Positions 1-14,649 of a DNA stretch of 64,000 bases are shown here, one piece after another (within the stretch, counting starts at the first letter, position 1; the number at the start of each line of letters is the position of its first letter). The notes below the pieces were generated by a model that was given only the letters and a program-made list of their open reading frames with translations, was not told the origin of the DNA and searched no databases. Both the position numbers and the translations under genes were made by a program. This DNA comes from Octopus vulgaris (Eukaryota), in the NCBI GenBank assembly GCA_951406725.2, contig OX597839.1:4588001-4652000 (forward strand), given 5' to 3'.

Positions 1-106
1 AGCTCTTTTTCTCACATACATACGTACATACATACATACATACATACATACATACATACATACATACATACACGCGCTGGCTCACACAAATGTATACACT
101 CATGCG

Positions 107-149
<43 letters not shown>

Positions 150-218
150 ATGTATATATGTATATATCTCTCTCTGTGTCTGTCTCTGTCTTTAAATATA
201 TATACATACATACATACA

Positions 219-256
<38 letters not shown>

Positions 257-299
257 GATCATAGATATACATACTTATATACTGACACATACATATATG

Positions 300-363
<64 letters not shown>

Positions 364-1044
364 TATGCACATAGATATACATACTTATATACTGATACAT
401 ACACACATATATATATATATATATACATATGCAGTTAATATCTGTAATATTTCTTTCTCTCTCCTCCTCCTCCTCCTCCTCCTCCTCTTTACTCCCTGTT
501 TATTATTCCACCCGTGCCGCACACCACCCATTCTACGAGACGTTAAGCTGTATCTTCTTACTCTCCGTTTCTATCACCTCACCACTATTACTCGTCGTCT
601 ATCTAGAAATATATTTAAGATATTGGCAACGTTCATACGATACGATACGATACGATACTCACGGAGAAGTCAGCCATATTTGCTAAAGTAAGAAATCGGA
701 TTACAGCCGTGGATCAAAAAGGAAGAAAGAAAGAAAGAAGGAAAGAATGGTAGAACGAAATAAAAGAAGAAAGAAAGGCAGGAACAAAGCAAGGAAGGAT
801 TCATGAACGATTGGTTCCATGCAAAATATGCAGAAGCTGAATTGCAGGGACTTTTATCTGTATGTGATAATATATATACACACAAACACACACACATGAT
901 GTGTGTGTGTGTGTGGGTGTGTATTTATACATGTATGTATGTATGTATGTATGTATGTATGTATGTATGTATGTATGTATGTATGTATGTATGTATGTGT
1001 GTTCGTAAGTATGGATAGATAGAACATACACATACATATATACA

Positions 1045-1099
<55 letters not shown>

Positions 1100-1110
1100 C
1101 TATATATATA

Positions 1111-1379
1111 TAATTAAAATCACAATAAGGGTGAAAAAAATTGAATATTAATTAATAACATCAATTTAAAACACCAAGTGGCCTAGTGTATAAAAACTGG
1201 GATACAGTAAAAATTATTAATACAAGTAATGAGAGAGAGTCCCCATGTGGTCACTCTAACGCTAGATATAGATCCACGAATGGAATCCACCACTAAAGAA
1301 TTCTTTAGTGGTGGATTCCATTCGTGGATCTATATCTAGCGTTAGAGTGACCACATGGGACTCTCTCTCATTACCTGTA
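1111..1379 (-). mobile_element. Truncated (TA)n-embedded element related to the 42195-42886 HHR element, with a fold-back palindrome at its truncated end
   Basis: The reverse complement shares tagagtga(-/g)cca(c/t)at, cact(a/g)ggccacttggtgtt and tcacccttatt with 42709-42886. 1221-1379 is a near-perfect spacerless palindrome centred on gaa|ttc (1300/1301). (TA)n flanks both sides. Confidence 0.7.
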
Positions 1380-1785
1380 TATATATATATATATATATAT
1401 ATATGATATGATATCTGTATTCATGTATGCATGTATAGATATATCACTACTACAAGTATATGAAAATGCTATAGGATATGTACATGTGCATCCAAATAAG
1501 TATGTATATTTATATATTTCTCTCTCTCTTTTACTCTCTTTCTCCCTCACATTCTCGGACAAATCTATATTTATAGATGAACACACACACACACACACAC
1601 TAACAAACAAACGCACACACATATGTATCCATATATTCATATACACACATATCTATGCATAGATACTTCGTCCTCTGACGTTTGATTGTCTGACGCTTCG
1701 ACAGTTTCTATTGAATTAAAATTGTCATCAGTGAGAGAAAATGAGTTTTAAGGACAAATTATTCATGTCAATGTCACTCTAGACG

Positions 1786-1942
1786 GATTCTGTGGCTGAC
1801 ACAGTTCATTGTTGCTAAAACGTATACTGGTGTTTTCTTTACTTTGCAGATAGTTCAAGGCTTAGATTCTGTGGCTGACACAGTTCATTGTTGCTAAAAT
1901 GTATTGGTGTTTTCTTTACTTTGCAGATAGTTCAAGGCTTAG
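1786..1942. repeat. Tandem duplication, about 79-bp unit x2
   Basis: gattctgtggctgacacagttc...caaggcttag starts at 1786 and again at 1865. Confidence 0.9.
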
Positions 1943-2741
1943 AAGTGGCGTGTAAGCCAGGTTCCAAAAATTCGTTGCTCCCTTTCTACACAGGTAGCCA
2001 TGTTGTGTGTAACCCCAAATTTTTACTGAGTTCATGTGACGGTATGTACTTTTCATTTTTTCTGCCAAATGCGCCTTCGATGCTCGACTTCCATGGGACT
2101 GCCATTTCGACTATTTTCAATACGTTTTTCTTCCTACATTACGCAATCAAGGCAGGGTTTTAGTGGTAGAAGGGTGGAAAATAAAAATTGACACGAACGT
2201 TAAGAGAAACATCCAACAGACCGTTCAGTTTTTGATCGTTCATCTTTCTCACATGGGCTTTTCTTATGTTTTAAAACAAAAAAAATCCTAAAAGTTCTAT
2301 GTTATTTAGTTTTTATGCTAGGTGTAGCAGTAATTTAGCTGCTTCTCCCTCGATATTGCGAAACACAGGGAACGCAATTAATTTGCAACGATTGCTGTTT
2401 TAATCTAATACTACGTCTGTTGCACACGACACATTATAATCCCATTGACCAGCTAATTTCAACGTCAATGATTTTCCAGTCATTGTTTTTCTCAGACCAA
2501 TGACAACGGATTTTGTCTTGAGATGCGGTCACAAGCAGGGACAGGCTGCTGGGGAATCCTTAGAGAGCAGAAATGCGCATCTAGCAAGCCCGTCTCCACA
2601 CCTGCTACTAATATATTCTTGTGTTCTTCAACATGATAAGTCCATAGCGGATATCACCAGACAAATACCGCGCTTATTTTGGCGTTGTATGTGTGTTTCA
2701 TTAAGGTCAGAAATTTCATCTCAGGATCACGACACCTGCTA

Positions 2742-3085
2742 CAGGCAGCATGTAAACCGGCACTATATATTTCATGGTCAAATGGTCAGTGATTTAACTA
2801 GCTCTCTCTGAGTTGGGTAGCTTGTTACTCTTGTGAGGAGGGTGTCTGTACACCCAGCAGGAATAAAAACAAGACCTGTCGAAGGACGATAGGCTCCATG
2901 TTTGCCAACGGCCAGGCAACATGTAAACCAGTACTATATATTCCATGGTCAAATGGTCAGTGATTTAACTAGCTGTCACTCAGTTGGGTAGCTTGTTACT
3001 CATTGAGGAGGTTGTCTGTACACCCAGCAGGAATAAAAACAAGACCTTTCGAAGGACGGATAGGCTCCATGTTAGCCAACGGCCA
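2742..3085. repeat. Tandem duplication, about 171-bp unit x2
   Basis: caggca(g/a)catgtaaacc...gccaacggcca starts at 2742 and again at 2913; the copies are moderately diverged. Confidence 0.9.
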
Positions 3086-3445
3086 TGCAGTTCGGGAGGC
3101 CAATGGCAAGGCACCCCAATATCTCTGTCAAGAAAGCTCAGAACGAAGACACGCTATGGTCTCACCCGATGGGAGAACACGCGCTTAGTCGGGAAGACTG
3201 TCCTTGTAGTGTCATCAACGTGTTGTAAATAAGCATCGTACGTGACGACGACGTTTGTGTGCGCATGCTTGTGTGTGGATGCGTATATGTACGTATGTAT
3301 GCGTGAATGTATGAATAAATGTATAGTGGTATTCAAACGACTCTGTCCATGACATTCAGTATCACGTTTGCAAGAAAATTATATGCTTATAGCAACATAC
3401 TAATCTCTCTCTCTCTCTATCCCTTTTCACTCTCACTCTCAGTTA

Positions 3446-3535
<90 letters not shown>

Positions 3536-3584
3536 TTATATCTATCTATCTATCTATCTAACTATCTATCTATCTATCTATCTA

Positions 3585-3682
<98 letters not shown>

Positions 3683-4063
3683 AGTCTGAATTTCTGCCTT
3701 TCTGACTGTCTCTCTTTCCCCAATTCCTTTTCTATCTTTGTCAGTCTATCAGTCTATGCATCTGTTTCGTAATTTAACTTCCTACACTCGAAGCTAAGGA
3801 CCATCAGACTTCTAAATCAGATAAACTTTTTGTCTTTGTAACAGACTGATTTAAACAGACAAAGTAAAATCATACATACATACACACATACGTACATACA
3901 TACATACATAGTACATACATACATACGTACGTACATACATGCATACATACATACATACATACGTACGTACGTACATATATACATACATACGTACGTACAT
4001 ACATACATACATACATAAATACATACATACATACATACGTACATACATACATACATACATACA

Positions 4064-4098
<35 letters not shown>

Positions 4099-4412
4099 TC
4101 ATACATACATACATACATACATACATACATACATACATACGTACATACATACATACATACGTACATACATACATACGTACGTACGTACATACATACATAC
4201 GTATGCACATACATATACACATATACATACACATGTGTGTGTATATATATATATATATATATGTGCAAATATATATACACACACACACTATATATAACTA
4301 GATATATATGTACATACATATGCATGTGTGTATTTGTCTGTGTGTGCGTGTGTGTATGTGTATGTATGTGTATATGTATGTATGTATATCTATAAATATA
4401 CATATATATATG

Positions 4413-4466
<54 letters not shown>

Positions 4467-4470
4467 TATA
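3446..4470. repeat. Microsatellite block: (TATC)n, (TACA)n, (TA)n
   Basis: Directly visible simple repeats. Confidence 0.95.
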
Positions 4471-4814
4471 TATATTTTTTTTTTCAGGAATTTGTTGTAA
4501 TATTAGACCAGACATTTAATACAAAAGCTAGAAACGAGATGAAATAATTAAATAATAAAAATAATATATGCGATAAATACTATTGTCAAATTATATTTTG
4601 GTACATTTTAAAATTTGATTAAATTTTTTAAATTAATTCTTTCTTTATCTTCCTAAACTAATTTTCTTTGTGTCATATTTTATTCAATGTTAGCAATTTA
4701 TCGGAAACTCTAGAACAGTAGACAGAAAAATCTGGAATTACTTCTATTTTAAGAACTGGTGATTGCGGCAGAGAGTAGAGCGCAGGTCAGTTCTTCGGTT
4801 CTTCGTTTTGGTTT

Positions 4815-5271
4815 TTTCCTTTTCACTTGTTTCGGTTATTAGACCGCGACCACGCTGGAGCACCGCCTTGAAGAATTTTTATTCGAGTGTATCCATCTCA
4901 GTTACTAATTTCTTTTTAAAGCATGTTATTTATTCTACCGGTCACTTTTACCGAACCGCTATGGTCCGGGAACGTAAACACACCAGCACCGGTTGTCAAG
5001 AGGTGGTGGTAGTGGAGGAACATACAAAGGCGGCGAGCTGGCAGAAACGTTAGCACGTCGGGCGAAATGCTTAGAGGCATTTCGTCTGCCGTTACGTTGT
5101 GAGTTCAAATTCCGCCGAGGTCGACTTTACCTTTCATCCTTTCGGGGTCGATAAATTAAGTACCAGTTACGCACTGGGGTCGATGTAATCGACTTAATAC
5201 CTATGTCTGTCCTTGTTTGTCCCTTCTATGTCTAGCCCCTTGTGGGTAATAAAAAAATGGGTAGTGGAGAA

Positions 5272-5305
<34 letters not shown>

Positions 5306-5470
5306 TTATAGACGATGGGCTTCTTCCAGTTTTCCGTCGACGAATTCCATTCCGTCGGTCTTGGTTGGTCCGGGGCTATAGTAGAATGCTCTTGCCCCAA
5401 GTGCCACGCAGTGGTACTAAATCTGTAATCATGTAATTTTTGAAACAAGCTTCTTACCATACAGCCACGC
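4815..5470 (-). mobile_element. SINE family B copy split by a family A insertion
   Basis: 4815-5005 is the reverse complement of the B 3' half and 5310-5470 of the B head (compare 21758-22163). Confidence 0.75.
5029..5257 (+). mobile_element. tRNA-derived SINE family A, full length, with TSD
   Basis: The head ggcggcgagctggcagaaacgttagc contains an A-box-like motif, followed by B-box gagttcaaattcc and core cctttcatcctttcggggtcgataaattaagtaccag. The 19-nt TSD ggtagtggag(g/a)aacataca lies at 5008-5026 and 5260-5278. Confidence 0.9.
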
Positions 5471-5739
5471 CTGGTTTCCATAAATTCTTCTAGAACTATA
5501 AAATGGAGTGACTAAGTTGAAATCCCACTCGTGATGGTCATTAAACATGCAGACATGCATGCATCCATCCATGCATCCATCCATGCATCTGTACATACAT
5601 ACATACATACATACATACATACATACATACATACATACATACACACATGCATACATACATACATACATACATACATACACACACATACACACACACATAC
5701 ATATAACTGGAAGTGTTATTATGTACGTTGATTTGTCTT

Positions 5740-5970
5740 GGCGGCGAGCTGGCAGAAACGTTAGCACGCTGGGCGAAATGCTTAGCGGTATTTCGTCTAC
5801 CGTTACATTTTGAGTTCAAATTCCGCCGAGGTCGACTTTGCCTTTCATCCTTTCGGGGTCGATAAATTAAGTACCAGTTTCACACTGGGGTCGATATAAT
5901 CGACTTAATCCGTTTGTCTGTCCTTGTTTGTCCCCTCTGTGTTTAGCCCCTTGTGGGTAGTAAAGAAATA
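5740..5970 (+). mobile_element. SINE family A, full length
   Basis: Highly similar to 5029-5257 and 14145-14370. Confidence 0.9.
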
Positions 5971-6202
5971 CATACATACATAGATACATACATAGACTCA
6001 AACTTATGGTCGCAGGAATTCCAACGATGATAGCTCTGTCTTTTAAAGTCTATTATAATCCTGCATTACTTCATATAACGGGTGTATCATTTAAAATGGT
6101 AGGCTGTGATTTAAATGAGTTTAAAAGGTATGTCCGCTATTTCTATGAATTTTTACCACCCACATAAAATCTCTTTCACTCAGTAGGTGTGTGTGTGTAG
6201 AT

Positions 6203-6308
<106 letters not shown>

Positions 6309-6383
6309 GTACATACATCTGTGCAAATATTTATATGTAAAGGCATACATACATACGTACATACATAAATATATATAGATGTA

Positions 6384-6433
<50 letters not shown>

Positions 6434-6531
6434 CATATCTATATATATATACATATCTATATATGTATATATATCTATATATATATATAAATATATATAT
6501 ATTTGTGTATAAATATTACATATACATATTC

Positions 6532-6567
<36 letters not shown>

Positions 6568-7361
6568 TACACGCACACACACACACACACACAGATATAT
6601 ATATACATATATGCACTCACATATTTTATATATATTATATATATATATATATATATACATATATGGAAGTATATATTTATACATACACACATATACATAG
6701 ACGTGTTTCGCATAGAATCAAGACTTAGGCTTGAGGGGAGAACGAAAAGGGTGAGAAAGAAAGAATGAAAAGGATTGATAGATAGATAGATAGATATATA
6801 GATAGATAGATAGATAGAAAGATAGATAGATAGATAGGTAGGTAGGTAGGTAGGTAGATAGATAGATAGAAAGATAGATGGATAGAGAAAGAGTGAGAGG
6901 GGAGAGAAAGGGAGAGGCAGACAGACAGAGACTGATAAACTTCCCGGCAGACAGACAGAGTAATGGCCAACGAATAATGAAGATTAAACTATGAGCGACG
7001 TGAAGTTGATTAAATGAAGAAATTAATAATGAAACGAAATTGAAAGCTAACATTTTAGGTGGCAATGATTTCTGTCTTGTACAAAGTGTTGTTATTACAA
7101 TAGGCAAATAGGAATCTTGTGCGTTACATCATTGTATATTGAGTAACAATGTAATGGTTAATAGAAAATATAGGGTGAACGAATACAATTGGAGCATTGT
7201 GTTGATGAATCTAAGATGGTGTATTGAAGATTGAACAAAACGAAAAATGAATAATAAATGGGAAAGGAGCCGAGGAGCGAGGGCGGGCCGTCGTGTAGTG
7301 TTGTGAAATGATATTGTTTGGTGATTGTGTGGGTTCATTATACATACATATATACATACAA

Positions 7362-7434
<73 letters not shown>

Positions 7435-7521
7435 CATACACACGTATATAGACATACAGCTATATAGATATGTATATGTATATTAATTTGTATATATATA
7501 TATATATATATATATGTGTAT

Positions 7522-7552
<31 letters not shown>

Positions 7553-7912
7553 CATACATGCATGCATGCATACATACATAGATACATACGTACTTACATA
7601 CGTATGGTAAATTGAGCGACGATTTAAGCTGGTACTTTCGTTACTTAAGTGAGAGATTGTCTAAGTATCATAGAAGGAAATATGGAAAAATTGAAGAATT
7701 GAAGAAATGAAAGAAGAAGAAGAAGAAAAAGAAGAAGAAGAAGAAGAAGAAGAAGGAGAAGGATGAGAAGAAGAGAAGAAGGAGAAGGAAAAGAAGAAGA
7801 AAGTGAAAGGGAGAGAAAGCGTGAGTGGGTCTAGAGAAAGTTCAACGGTGTGCACAGACATATAAGCAGAATAGAATGAAAGAGAGAGAGAGATAGAAAG
7901 AGAGAGAGAGAG

Positions 7913-7970
<58 letters not shown>

Positions 7971-8334
7971 GCCGATTTTTTATGCACAGCGTTACTGCAT
8001 GTTTCACGTAACCAATCATCAGACAAAAGCAGAAAAAAAAATAGAAAATTGGGAAAGAATTTAGCATTAAGCATAAACAACCATCAAATCTACCATCAAG
8101 TATTGATACAATGTTGCGTGTCCACAAATTCGGGACACAAATGTATTTTCTTGAACCATCTGCAAGTCCGCTAAGAAAAATGCTAACATACCTTGTGTTA
8201 AGTGAAATATTTAAATAAATACATTTTGAAGTGTGTTGCTGCTGCTCGTCGTAATGATGATAAAGATGGTGGTGATGATGATAATGATGATGATAAAGAT
8301 AATGATGATGATGATGAGAATGAAAATGGAGATG

Positions 8335-8369
<35 letters not shown>

Positions 8370-8652
8370 CATGATGATAGGGAGGAAGAGGAGAAAGAGG
8401 AGGTGCAGGAGGAGAAGGCGATGTATGCGTTTATGTCAGTATAAACATGTGTGGATTATGAAATTATATAGCAAAGAGGAAAATCGGAAAATATAGAATG
8501 ATGAAATTGATAAGGGTTGTGTGTGTGTGTGAGTGTGTGTTTGTATGGGGTCGCAGATTAAAAGTTTAAGAAATAACTGCTCAGGGAGAGGAAGAGAGAC
8601 TGAAAGAGATCATTGTATATAGTATAATATAATAATAATATAATATAATATA

Positions 8653-8693
<41 letters not shown>

Positions 8694-8911
8694 TATATAT
8701 ATATGCTTGTGTGTGTAAGTATGTATATATTGTATGTAAGTATATAGGTACGATATATTTAAATATACATATCTATCTTTTTACCTTTGTAACTATGGAT
8801 ATTTATACACACGCATAAACACACACACACACATATATTTATATATACCATATATATATATATATATATATATATATGGGGAGGGAGAGTGAGAGACAGT
8901 GTATTATATCA

Positions 8912-8986
<75 letters not shown>

Positions 8987-9529
8987 CAAAAATAGAGAAA
9001 TTTTCGGACAGACTATGAGGGAGAGAGAGGAAGAAATAGATAAATAGAAAGCTAGACAGATAGATAGATAGATAGATCGAGAGAGAGAGAGAGAGAGATA
9101 GAGAGGGAGAGAGGGGTGCAGAGAGAGAGAGAGAGAGAATTGCATTGAGAATGGATCTCAATAAGATAAGCTGTGATGGAGTTTAACAAAACGAACATCA
9201 AATCCCGTCCTTGTGAGCTTCCATATGAAAATTATATCGAATCTCACATACACAGAAAGGAAGAGGGGAATATACTCACCAGACTATCGGCTTAGCTGCT
9301 GTCATTTATTAAGCCTTCGTGTCATGAACATTTTATAAATATAGCAGAGCAAACTGGCCAAATATGCACGCATCAGTTTTCTACGCATGCACGTCTTCGT
9401 ATGCGTCTGTGTATTTATAGATTTATGGATTTATGTACGTTTGTATGTACTTTAGTGTGTGGTCATGTGTTTTTGCAGACACATGTAATTATGTAATATG
9501 TGTGTGTGTGTGCATGTATATCCTTTACG

Positions 9530-9773
9530 TCGGTCATTAGACTGCGGCCATGCTGGGGCACAACCTGGAAGAAATCTTTGTCGAATGAATCGCTGTCAGG
9601 ACGTATTCTTTTAAAGGCTGCTCTTTTGCCGACCCGCCAATGCACAGGGACGTAAACAAAACAGCACTGGTTGTCAAGCGACAGAAGCAGATTCCATACC
9701 AAAAGGCAGTCTTTCTGACCAATTTGTGTTCAGGGTGCCATCTAGTGCGAAGCAAACGTCTTACCACGCACAC

Positions 9774-9822
<49 letters not shown>

Positions 9823-9970
9823 TAACTGTGTGGTAAGAAACTTGATTCCCAACCACATGGTTCAAGGTTCAGTTCCACTGCGTGCCATCTTGGGCAAGTG
9901 TCTTCTACTATAGCCAAAGCTATATTAGTGGATTTGGTAGACGGAAACTGAAAGAAGTCTGTCGGATATA
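9530..9970. mobile_element. SINE family B fragments (3' half on minus at 9530-9690; head on plus at 9823-9970)
   Basis: Matches to gactgcggccatgctgg and to ctgtgtggtaag...ggcaagtgtcttctactatagcc...gtagacggaaactgaaagaag. Confidence 0.75.
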
Positions 9971-10158
9971 TATATACATATATATACATTTCTATAATTA
10001 TGAGTATAATTATAATTATAAGTTTACCGATAATGGTTCTTTCAACGTACCGAACTACTTGGTAAAATTATTAATTACTAATTAATTAATTTTAGCCTTT
10101 ATTATATATATATATATATATGTGTATGCATATGTATATATATATGCATATATATATG

Positions 10159-10214
<56 letters not shown>

Positions 10215-10291
10215 AAATAAGAAAACGGAGAAATACACCTTAATCAATAATCAACTACCAGATAATACCCAATCACATAATTTATTAACCC

Positions 10292-11461
<1,170 letters not shown>

Positions 11462-11485
11462 ATATATGCATATATATATATATAC

Positions 11486-11521
<36 letters not shown>

Positions 11522-12028
11522 ATACATATATATACATATATATATATACATATATATATATATACACACATATATATATATATATACATACGTATATATA
11601 TATATATACATATACACACGTGTGTATTATATATCCTGCATACAGTAAAGCAGTCACGTGATACACCTGATACAATTGTATACGAATATCTATGTTAGTG
11701 ATTCTGTACATACTTACATATATATACGCACGTGTATGTGTATGTGTTGTGTTTGTACGTCTGTATGTGTGTGTATGTGTATGTGTATATGTGAGTGTCT
11801 GTGAGTATCTGCGAGCGTGTATGTGTATATGTGGTCTGTATCGATATTATACATATTTTCTCGTCTCATGCTATCGTTCTCTTCTGAAAATCGGCTTAAA
11901 TGTTCTTAGAGCGGGATTGTAGTGGTAGTGGTAGTGGTGGTTCTGGTTCTGGTGGTAGTGCTGATAGTGGTAGTGATGGTGGGGGAGTAACAGTAGTGAT
12001 AGATTAAGTTGATGATCGTCTGAGTGAC

Positions 12029-12030
<2 letters not shown>

Positions 12031-12084
<54 letters not shown>

Positions 12085-12104
12085 TATTATTATTATTATT
12101 ACTA

Positions 12105-12179
<75 letters not shown>

Positions 12180-12275
12180 TCATTATTATTACTATTATTA
12201 TTATTATTATTACTATTATTATTATTATTATTATTATTATTTCATTATTATTACTATATTATTATTATTATTATT

Positions 12276-12322
<47 letters not shown>

Positions 12323-12366
12323 GTTATACTTATTATTATTATTATTATTATTATTATCATTATTAA

Positions 12367-12430
<64 letters not shown>

Positions 12431-12441
12431 ATCATTATTAA

Positions 12442-12475
<34 letters not shown>

Positions 12476-12576
12476 ATCATTATTATTATTATTATTATTG
12501 TTGTTACTGTTGTTATATCATCATCATCATCATTATTATTGTTATTATTATTATTATTACTATTATTATTATTATT
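12031..12576. repeat. (ATT)n microsatellite
   Basis: Directly visible. Confidence 0.95.
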
Positions 12577-12699
12577 AGCAGTAGTAGTAGTAATAGTACT
12601 AGTGGTAGTAGTAGTAGTATTAGTCATTGTGGTGGTGGTGGTGGTGGTGGTAGACCTCCTCCATCCACCATATTTTCTATCTCTACCTTTTCCATTCCT

Positions 12700-13760
12700 G
12701 CCTTATGTCTCTCTCTCTCTACCTTTCTCTTTCTCCCTATGACACCCTCTCATCTGATTTCTTGTCTATCCCTATTTCTATATCTTTTTCCTTTCCTCTC
12801 TTTCTTTCTCTGTACCTCTCTACGTCTCTCTGTTTGTCTGTCTGTCCGCCTTTTTGTTGTGTCTGTCTGTCAGTCTTCCTGCCCACTCTCTCTCAATCTC
12901 TCTGTCATTATCGCCTTCTTCCTCTCTTACTTAAAAGAATAAGAGAGCTCTATCTCTTTCTTCTTTATAAGTTCACCTCTCAATTTCCTTCTATCCATGT
13001 CTGTCTGTCTGTCTATCTGTCTGTCAGTTTATATACCTGCCTGCCTGCCTCTCTCTCTCTCTGCCTCTCTTTCTCTGCCTCTCTCTCTCTACTTCTCTCT
13101 CTCTGTCTGTCTCTCTGCCTCTTTCTCTCTCCCCAATCCTTCCCTCTTCTCTATTTCACTCTATCTCTCTGCCTCTCTCTCTCTCTGTCTGTATGTCTGC
13201 CTCTTTCTCTCTCCCCAATCCTTCCCATCTCTCTATTTCACTCTCTCTCTTTCTGCCTCTCTCTCTGTCAGTCTCTCTGCCTCTTTCTCTCTCCCCAATC
13301 CTTCCCCCTCTCTATTTCACTCTCTCTCTCTCTGCCTCTCTCTCTCTGTCTGTCTCTCTGCCTCTTTCTCTCTCCCCAATCCTTCCCTCCTCTCTATTTC
13401 ACTCTCTCTCTCTGTCTCCTCCAGGGGGCTTCATGCTTTTATCAATTCACCTCCCAAATTTCCGGTCTGTCTGATTGTCTGTCTATCGGTCTGTCTGCCT
13501 CTCTCTGCCTCTCTTTGCCTCTTTCTCTCACTCTTTCTCCCAAACTCCCCCTCTCTAACTCTGTCTCTCTCTATCCCCTCTAAGAGAGCTTCATATCTTT
13601 ATCAGTTCCTCTTTCAAATTCGCTCAATCCTCAATCACTGTCTTTCAGTCTGTCTGTCAGTCAGTTTGTCTGTCTGTCTGTCTGTCTCTCTCTCTCCCCA
13701 CCTCCCCTCTTCCTCACTTTCTACCGCTCCCTCTATCTCACTTACCCTCTCTTCTCGCCA
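12700..13760. repeat. CT-rich tract containing a roughly 81-bp minisatellite (4 units, about 13105-13415)
   Basis: ctgcctctttctctctccccaatccttccc..ctctatttcactct recurs four times. Confidence 0.85.
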
Positions 13761-14144
13761 CCATCACCCATCCTTTCACCTCCATATACGTATTGTGTTC
13801 TGCCGCACAAAAGTCTCGACTTTCAGTTTTATGTTTACGTTTCCAAGTCGTGCTGCCGTGTCTGTCTTGGATCAGGTGGGTTGAACTGTGGTGTATAGCG
13901 GCAGGAAGGGAAGAAGGGTGGGATGGAATCTTTGTGTCGAGGAATTCTGGGGTTTTAGAGGGATTGCAGAGGAGGGAGGTGTGATAATGTTCGTGGTGGT
14001 GGCGGTGGTGACGATGGAAACGATGATGGAGGCTGCGGTTGTATTGGTGGTGGTGATGTTGGTGGTGCTGCTAGTTGTGGTGGCGGTAGAGAGGATTGTG
14101 ATGATCGTGGCGGTGGTGTTGGTAGAAGTGACGATATTGGAGGA

Positions 14145-14370
14145 GAGCTGGCAGAAACGTTAGCACGCCAGGCGAAATGCGTTGCCGTATTTCGTCTGCC
14201 GTTACGTTCTGAGTTCAAATTCCGCCGAGGTCGACTTTGCCTTTCATCCTTTCGGGGTCGATAAATTAAGTACCAGTTACGCACTGGGGTCGATATAATC
14301 GACTTAATCCGTTTGTCTGTCCTTGTTTGTCCCCTCTATGTTTAGCTCCTTGTGGACAATAAAGAAACAG
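14145..14370 (+). mobile_element. SINE family A
   Basis: Near-identical to the other A copies, flanked by g(a/g)tatt(g/a)gaggaga at 14133-14146 and 14370-14383 (TSD-like). Confidence 0.9.
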
Positions 14371-14649
14371 GTATTAGAGGAGATGGTAGCGGTGATGCTA
14401 GTACTGGTCGTAGTAGAGGTAGTGGTTATGGCGGTGGTGGCGCTAGTAGAGAGGATTGGGATAATCATGGTGGTGGTGGTGATGGTTGTAGTGGGTCCGA
14501 TGGTGGGCCTAGTGGTATTGGTGGTGATGACAGTGGAAGTTGTCGTGGTGGTGGTAGCGGTGGTGGCGATGATAATGGAGGTTTCGTGGTGGTATTGATG
14601 GTGGAGTGGTGATCAGGTTGATATCACTATTATTTCTGCGTACAAGCGC

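Larger units (their letters stand above)
1775..3150 (-). mobile_element. Decayed RLE-type non-LTR retrotransposon (HERO/NeSL-like), 3' part
   Basis: Minus-strand manual translation around 2200-1950 gives NPALIA*CRKKNVLKIVEMAVPWKSSIEGAFGRKNEKY...WLPV*KG, matching the RPD..IELTVPWE..ERK..KY..PVEVG restriction-like endonuclease pattern. A weaker AWPL / LLGV match near 3085-3020 resembles the post-RT region. It contains stops and frameshifts, and the upstream limit is uncertain. Confidence 0.6.
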
